A DNA stretch of 64,000 nt, taken from assembly GCA_032718475.1 (NCBI GenBank), contig JAUCBJ010007620.1:62001-126000 (forward strand), read 5' to 3'. The position numbers were made by a program, and so were the translations under genes. Position 1 is the stretch's first letter, and the number at the start of each line of letters is the position of its first letter. The notes beneath the pieces are model-generated. The model was not told the origin of the DNA, did no database searches, and saw nothing but the letters and a program-made list of their open reading frames with translations. Below are positions 58,389 through 64,000 of this stretch, in pieces. Source of the DNA: Nemertoderma westbladi. Lineage: Eukaryota > Animalia > Xenacoelomorpha.

Positions 58389-59974
58389 TGTTGCCGTTAT
58401 TCCTACACCAGGGGGAAAAACGCCGATGCTGGAGACGTGACTTAACAGACCACCGAGCCCCGGCCAGTCACCGGATATTGATTGTGGGGAGGGAATATTT
58501 CTAAGATGCAAGTTTGCGGTTGAGAAAAGCTGCATTAGTTTGATATACTCTTTAATGTAACTTCCTATAGTTGAAAACCTGATTAAGAATAATTTTGGGC
58601 TTCCCCAAATCAATATACACCAAATATTCACAATAATTATACACGATAATATAAATCCCTACGGTATATTATTGCATAACCCACTGTTCGCTCAGTATTT
58701 TAGCCTACCTAATGTTACCCAGATTTTCCCTCAGTCCCAGTCTTAGTGCCGTAGTGTCGGTGTCGGTCGACCCTGTCGCGTGTCCGTTCCACCCCTCACG
58801 AACCCCGAAGGGAACGATCATCGAGAACCAGCCCGGCTTGGCTAAGGGTCGGTCCAGTCGGTAGACTCTGTCGCGTATCCGTACCACCCCTCTCGAACCC
58901 CGAAGGGTTCGGTCATCGAGAACCAGTACGGCTTGGCTAAGAGTCTGTCGTGTCGGTGGACCCGTTCGCGTGTCCGTTCCACCCCTCACGAACCCCGAAG
59001 GGTTCGATCATCGAGAACCAGAACGGCTTGGCTAGGGGTCCGTCAGTTCATTACAGAAACCCAACCACCTAGGCTTTCCGAGTCCGTTTCAGGCTCGTAG
59101 TCGCTTCGGCAGCCGAGAAACTGCTCCGAACAGTCGGTAGGCCAGTAGAGTCTAGTCGAGTCTAGTCCTTTGTCTTTCGACCCCATCGCGTGTCCGTTCC
59201 ACCCCTCACGAACCCCGAAGGGAGCGATCATCGAGAACCAGAACGGCTTGGCTAAGGGGTCTGTCGTCGGTTCCCGTCGCAAATCCCAGTCAAGCAGTCA
59301 GCGTTCCGAGTTCTTTTCAGGCTCGTAGTAGCTGCAGTTGACCCGAGACCGCTAAGGGCAGTCCTTGTCAAACCAGTCCTGTGGCCAGCCCTTTCGCATG
59401 TCCGTCCCACCCCTCACGAACCCCGAAGGGATCGGTCATCGAGAACCAGTACGGCTTAGGTCAGGGGGCAGTCTTAAGTTGGCCACCTGTTCGCGTGTCC
59501 GCTCCACCCCTCACGAACCCCAGGGTTCGATCATTGAGAACCAGAACGGCTTGGCTACTAAGGGGCCGTTGGTGCCCGTCGCAAATCCCTGACACAAGCA
59601 GTCAGCGTTCCGAGTTCTTTTCAGTCTCGTAGTAGCTGCCGTTGGCCAGGGACCGCTAAGGGCAGTCCTTGTCCTTTAGGCCTGGCGCATTACCAAATCC
59701 ACCCCTACAGGCAGCAGGAAGTTGGCCAGGGCCTAATAGTACTCAGGCTAACCTGAATACTGCTTGCATTTTCCATCCCCCCTGGCCCTTATAACTATGA
59801 AATTATTCCCGTACCCTGTAAGTTGCCCCAAAGTTCGCCCATAAATCGCCCCCAGTTTATTGAATGTGCCCAAAACCCATGGTCCCGCACCCAGTAGTAA
59901 TATCGGAATAATCAATTTTAATAAAATACAAAAATATTCAACTCGCGTTATGGAAAGTTGAAATACCGCGAACA
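58389..59974 (-). repeat. 5' LTR of element B
   Basis: Direct repeat of 48245-49829. Confidence 0.95.
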
Positions 59975-62900
59975 GTAAAGATGGAAAAAGTAAGTGAAAA
60001 CCATTGTCAGACAACATGCGATTATTGTAAAGATTGAAAAAGTAAGTGAAATCCATTGTCAGACAACATGCGACCATTGTAAAGATGGAAAAAGTAAGTG
60101 AAATCCATTGTCAGACAACATGCGACTATTGTAAAGATGGAAAAAGTAAGTGATATCCATTGTTGTCAGCCAACATGCGACTATTGTAAAGATGGAAAAA
60201 GTAAGTAAGTGAAATCCATTGTCAGACAACATGCGACTATTGCAATAATGGAAAAGGTAACTGAAATCCATTGTCAGCCAACATGCGACTATTGTAAAGA
60301 TGGAAAAAGTAAGTGAAATCCATTGTCAGACAACATGCGACTATTGCAATAATGGAAAAGGTAACTGAAATCCATTGTCAGACAACATGCGACTATTGTA
60401 AAGATGGAAAAAGTAAGTGAAAACCATTGTCAGACAACATGCGACCAATGTAATAATGGAAAAAGTAAGTGAAATCCATTGTCAGACAACGTGCGTCTAT
60501 TGTAAAGATGGAAATAGTAAGTGAAATCCATTGTCAGACAACATGCGACCAATGTAATAATGGAAAAAGTAAGTGAAATCCATTGTCAGACAACGTGCGT
60601 CTATTGTAAAGATGGAAACAGTAAGTGAAATCCATTGTCAGACAACATGCGACCAATGTAATAATGGAAAAAGTAAGTGAAATCCATTGTCAGACAACGT
60701 GCGTCTATTGTAAAGATGGAAAAAGTAAGTGAAATCCATTGTCAGACAATATGCGACCAATGTAATAATGGAAAAAGTAAGTGAAATCCATTGTCAGACA
60801 ACGTGCGTCTATTGTAAAGATGGAAACAGTAAGTGAAATCCATTGTCAGACAACATGCGACCATTGTAAAGATTGAAAAAGTAAGTGAAATCCATTGTCA
60901 GACAACATGCGACCAATGTAATAATGGAAAAAGTAAGTGAAATCCATTGTCAGACAACGTGCGTCTATTGTAAAGATGGAAAAAGTAAGAGAAATCCATT
61001 GTCAGACAACATGCGACCAATGTAATAATGGAAAAAGTAAGTGAAATCCATTGTCAGACAACGTGCGTCTATTGTAAAGATGGAAAAAGTAAGTGAAATC
61101 CATTGTCAGACAACATGCGACCAATGTAATAATGGAAAAAGTAAGTGAAATTCATTGTCAGACAACGTGCGTCTATTGTAAAGATGGAAAAAGTAAGTGA
61201 AATCCATTGTCAGACAACATGCGACCATTGTAAAGATGGAAAAAGTAAGTGAAATCCATTGTCAGAGAACATGCGACTATTGTAAAGATGGAAAAAGTAA
61301 GTGAAATCCATTGTCAGACAACATGCGACTATTGTAAAGATGGAAAAAGTAAGTGAAAACCATTGTCAGACAACATGCGATTATTGTAAAGATTGAAAAA
61401 GTAAGTGAAATCCATTGTCAGACAACATGCGACCATTGTAAAGATGGAAAAAGTAAGTGAAATCCATTGTCAGACAACATGCGACTATTGTAAAGATGGA
61501 AAAAGTAAGTGATATCCATTGTCAGCCAACATGCGACTATTGTAAAGATGGAAAAAGTAAGTAAGTGAAATCCATTGTCAGACAACATGCGACTATTGCA
61601 ATAATGGAAAAGGTAACTGAAATCCATTGTCAGCCAACATGCGACTATTGTAAAGATGGAAAAAGTAAGTGAAATCCATTGTCAGACAACATGCGACTAT
61701 TGCAATAATGGAAAAGGTAACTGAAATCCATTGTCAGACAACATGCGACTATTGTAAAGATGGAAAAAGTAAGTGAAAACCATTGTCAGACAACATGCGA
61801 CCAATGTAATAATGGAAAAAGTAAGTGAAATCCATTGTCAGACAACGTGCGTCTATTGTAAAGATGGAAAAAGTAAGTGAAATCCATTGTCAGACAACAT
61901 GCGACCAATGTAATAATGGAAAAAGTAAGTGAAATCCATTGTCAGACAACGTGCGTCTATTGTAAAGATGGAAACAGTAAGTGAAATCCATTGTCAGACA
62001 ACATGCGACCAATGTAATAATGGAAAAAGTAAGTGAAATCCATTGTCAGACAACGTGCGTCTATTGTAAAGATGGAAAAAGTAAGTGAAATCCATTGTCA
62101 GACAATATGCGACCAATGTAATAATGGAAAAAGTAAGTGAAATCCATTGTCAGACAACGTGCGTCTATTGTAAAGATGGAAACAGTAAGTGAAATCCATT
62201 GTCAGACAACATGCGACCATTGTAAAGATTGAAAAAGTAAGTGAAATCCATTGTCAGACAACATGCGACCAATGTAATAATGGAAAAAGTAAGTGAAATC
62301 CATTGTCAGACAACGTGCGTCTATTGTAAAGATGGAAAAAGTAAGTGAAATCCATTGTCAGACAACATGCGACCAATGTAATAATGGAAAAAGTAAGTGA
62401 AATCCATTGTCAGACAACGTGCGTCTATTGTAAAGATGGAAAAAGTAAGTGAAATCCATTGTCAGACAACATGCGACCAATGTAATAATGGAAAAAGTAA
62501 GTGAAATTCATTGTCAGACAACGTGCGTCTATTGTAAAGATGGAAAAAGTAAGTGAAATCCATTGTCAGACAACATGCGACCATTGTAAAGATGGAAAAA
62601 GTAAGTGAAATCCATTGTCAGAGAACATGCGACTATTGTAAAGATGGAAAAAGTAAGTGAAATCCATTGTCAGACAACATGCGACTATTGTAAAGATGGA
62701 AAAAGTAAGTGAAAACCATTGTCAGACAACATGCGATTATTGTAAAGATTGAAAAAGTAAGTGAAATCCATTGTCAGACAACATGCGACCATTGTAAAGA
62801 TGGAAAAAGTATGTGAAATCCATTGTCAGACAACATGCGACTATTGTAAAGATGGAAAAAGTAAGTGATATCCATTGTCAGCCAACATGCGACTATTGTA

Positions 62901-64000
62901 AAGATGGAAAAAGTAAGTAAGTGAAATCCATTGTCAGACAACATGCGACTATTGCAATAATGGAAAAGGTAACTGAAATCCATTGTCAGCCAACATGCGA
63001 CTATTGTAAAGATGGAAAAAGTAAGTGAAATCCATTGTCAGACAACATGCGACTATTGCAATAATGGAAAAGGTATCTGAAATCCATTGTCAGACAACAT
63101 GCGACTATTGTAAAGATGGAAAAAGTAAGTGAAATCCATTGTCAGACAACATGCGACCATTGTAAAGATTGAAAAAGTAAGTGAAATCCATTGTCAGACA
63201 ACATGCGACCAATGTAATAATGGAAAAAGTAAGTGAAATCCATTGTCAGACAACGTGCGTCTATTGTAAAGATGGAAACAGTAAGTGAAATCCATTGTCA
63301 GACAACATGCGACCATTGTAAAGATTGAAAAAGTAAGTGAAATCCATTGTCAGACAACATGCGACCAATGTAATAATGGAAAAAGTAAGTGAAATCCATT
63401 GTCAGACAACGTGCGTCTATTGTAAAGATGGAAAAAGTAAGTGAAATCCATTGTCAGACAACATGCGACCAATGTAATAATGGAAAAAGTAAGTGAAATC
63501 CATTGTCAGACAACGTGCGTCTATTGTAAAGATGGAAAAAGTAAGTGAAATCCATTGTCAGACAACATGCGACCAATGTAATAATGGAAAAAGTAAGTGA
63601 AATTCATTGTCAGACAACGTGCGTCTATTGTAAAGATGGAAAAAGTAAGTGAAATCCATTGTCAGACAACATGCGACCATTGTAAAGATGGAAAAAGTAA
63701 GTGAAATCCATTGTCAGAGAACATGCGACTATTGTAAAGATGGAAAAATGGTCAGACAACGTGCGTCTATTGTAAAGATGGAAAAAGTAAGTGAAATCCA
63801 TTGTCAGACAACATGCGACCAATGTAATAATGGAAAAAGTAAGTGAAATTCATTGTCAGACAACGTGCGTCTATTGTAAAGATGGAAAAAGTAAGTGAAA
63901 TCCATTGTCAGACAACATGCGACCATTGTAAAGATGGAAAAAATAAGTGAAATCCATTGTCAGAGAACATGCGACTATTGTAAAGATGGAAAAAGTAAGT
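59975..64000 (+). repeat. 52-bp satellite, block 3 (runs off the window)
   Basis: Resumes in register after the TSD; 1356-bp higher-order period. Confidence 0.95.

Larger units (their letters stand above)
48245..59974 (-). mobile_element. Structurally complete non-autonomous BEL/Pao LTR retrotransposon (element B) inserted in the satellite
   Basis: LTRs 48245-49829 and 58389-59974 (TGTT..AACA, only about ten differences by eye). 5-bp TSD GTAAA (48240-48244, 59975-59979). PPT GGGGGGGAC next to the 3' LTR. Confidence 0.95.

Noticed and set aside
40248-63846. Many 65-70-aa ORFs (MDFSYLFH.., MVACCLT.., MKSIVRQ..)
   Set aside because: Chance translations of satellite variants; useful only as markers of the higher-order period.
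35941-64000. 52-bp array as a CRISPR array
   Set aside because: Units are head-to-tail with no unique spacers, there are no cas genes, and the context is eukaryotic.

Overview
AT-rich animal (invertebrate-type) genomic DNA made almost entirely of nested mobile elements and tandem repeats. No rRNA, tRNA or CRISPR was found. In order: (1) a 7.4-kb IS3EU-like DDE DNA transposon (1077-8489; ~155-bp TIRs, 6-bp TSD GCTGGG) with a frameshifted transposase and a convergent HECT E3-ligase gene, itself interrupted by an RTE LINE and a SINE; (2) a 15/22-bp minisatellite and a 5'-truncated RTEX-type LINE; (3) a non-autonomous BEL/Pao element (12168-23824, minus strand) with a 1650-aa gag-protease ORF lacking RT and the integrase core; (4) a spliced host gene read by eye (signal peptide, discoidin-like domain, ShKT domain; exons from 25528 to 35991) whose introns hold a Zator-like transposase with a 12x99-bp in-frame expansion and a deleted Gypsy element; (5) a large 52-bp satellite with higher-order repeats, whose monomer is the 3' end of the ShKT exon plus its splice donor, interrupted by a LINE 5' half and by (6) a young non-autonomous BEL/Pao element (48245-59974; 1.6-kb LTRs, TSD GTAAA) carrying an extra 864-aa DEDDy-exonuclease/zinc-knuckle ORF. 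The strongest candidates for new biology are the exonuclease-bearing BEL element with its dispersed 26-27-nt RNA motif, possible tRNA-independent priming in both BEL elements, the exon-derived satellite, and the HECT-carrying DNA transposon. All family and domain assignments come from motifs recognised by eye; no database searches were run.
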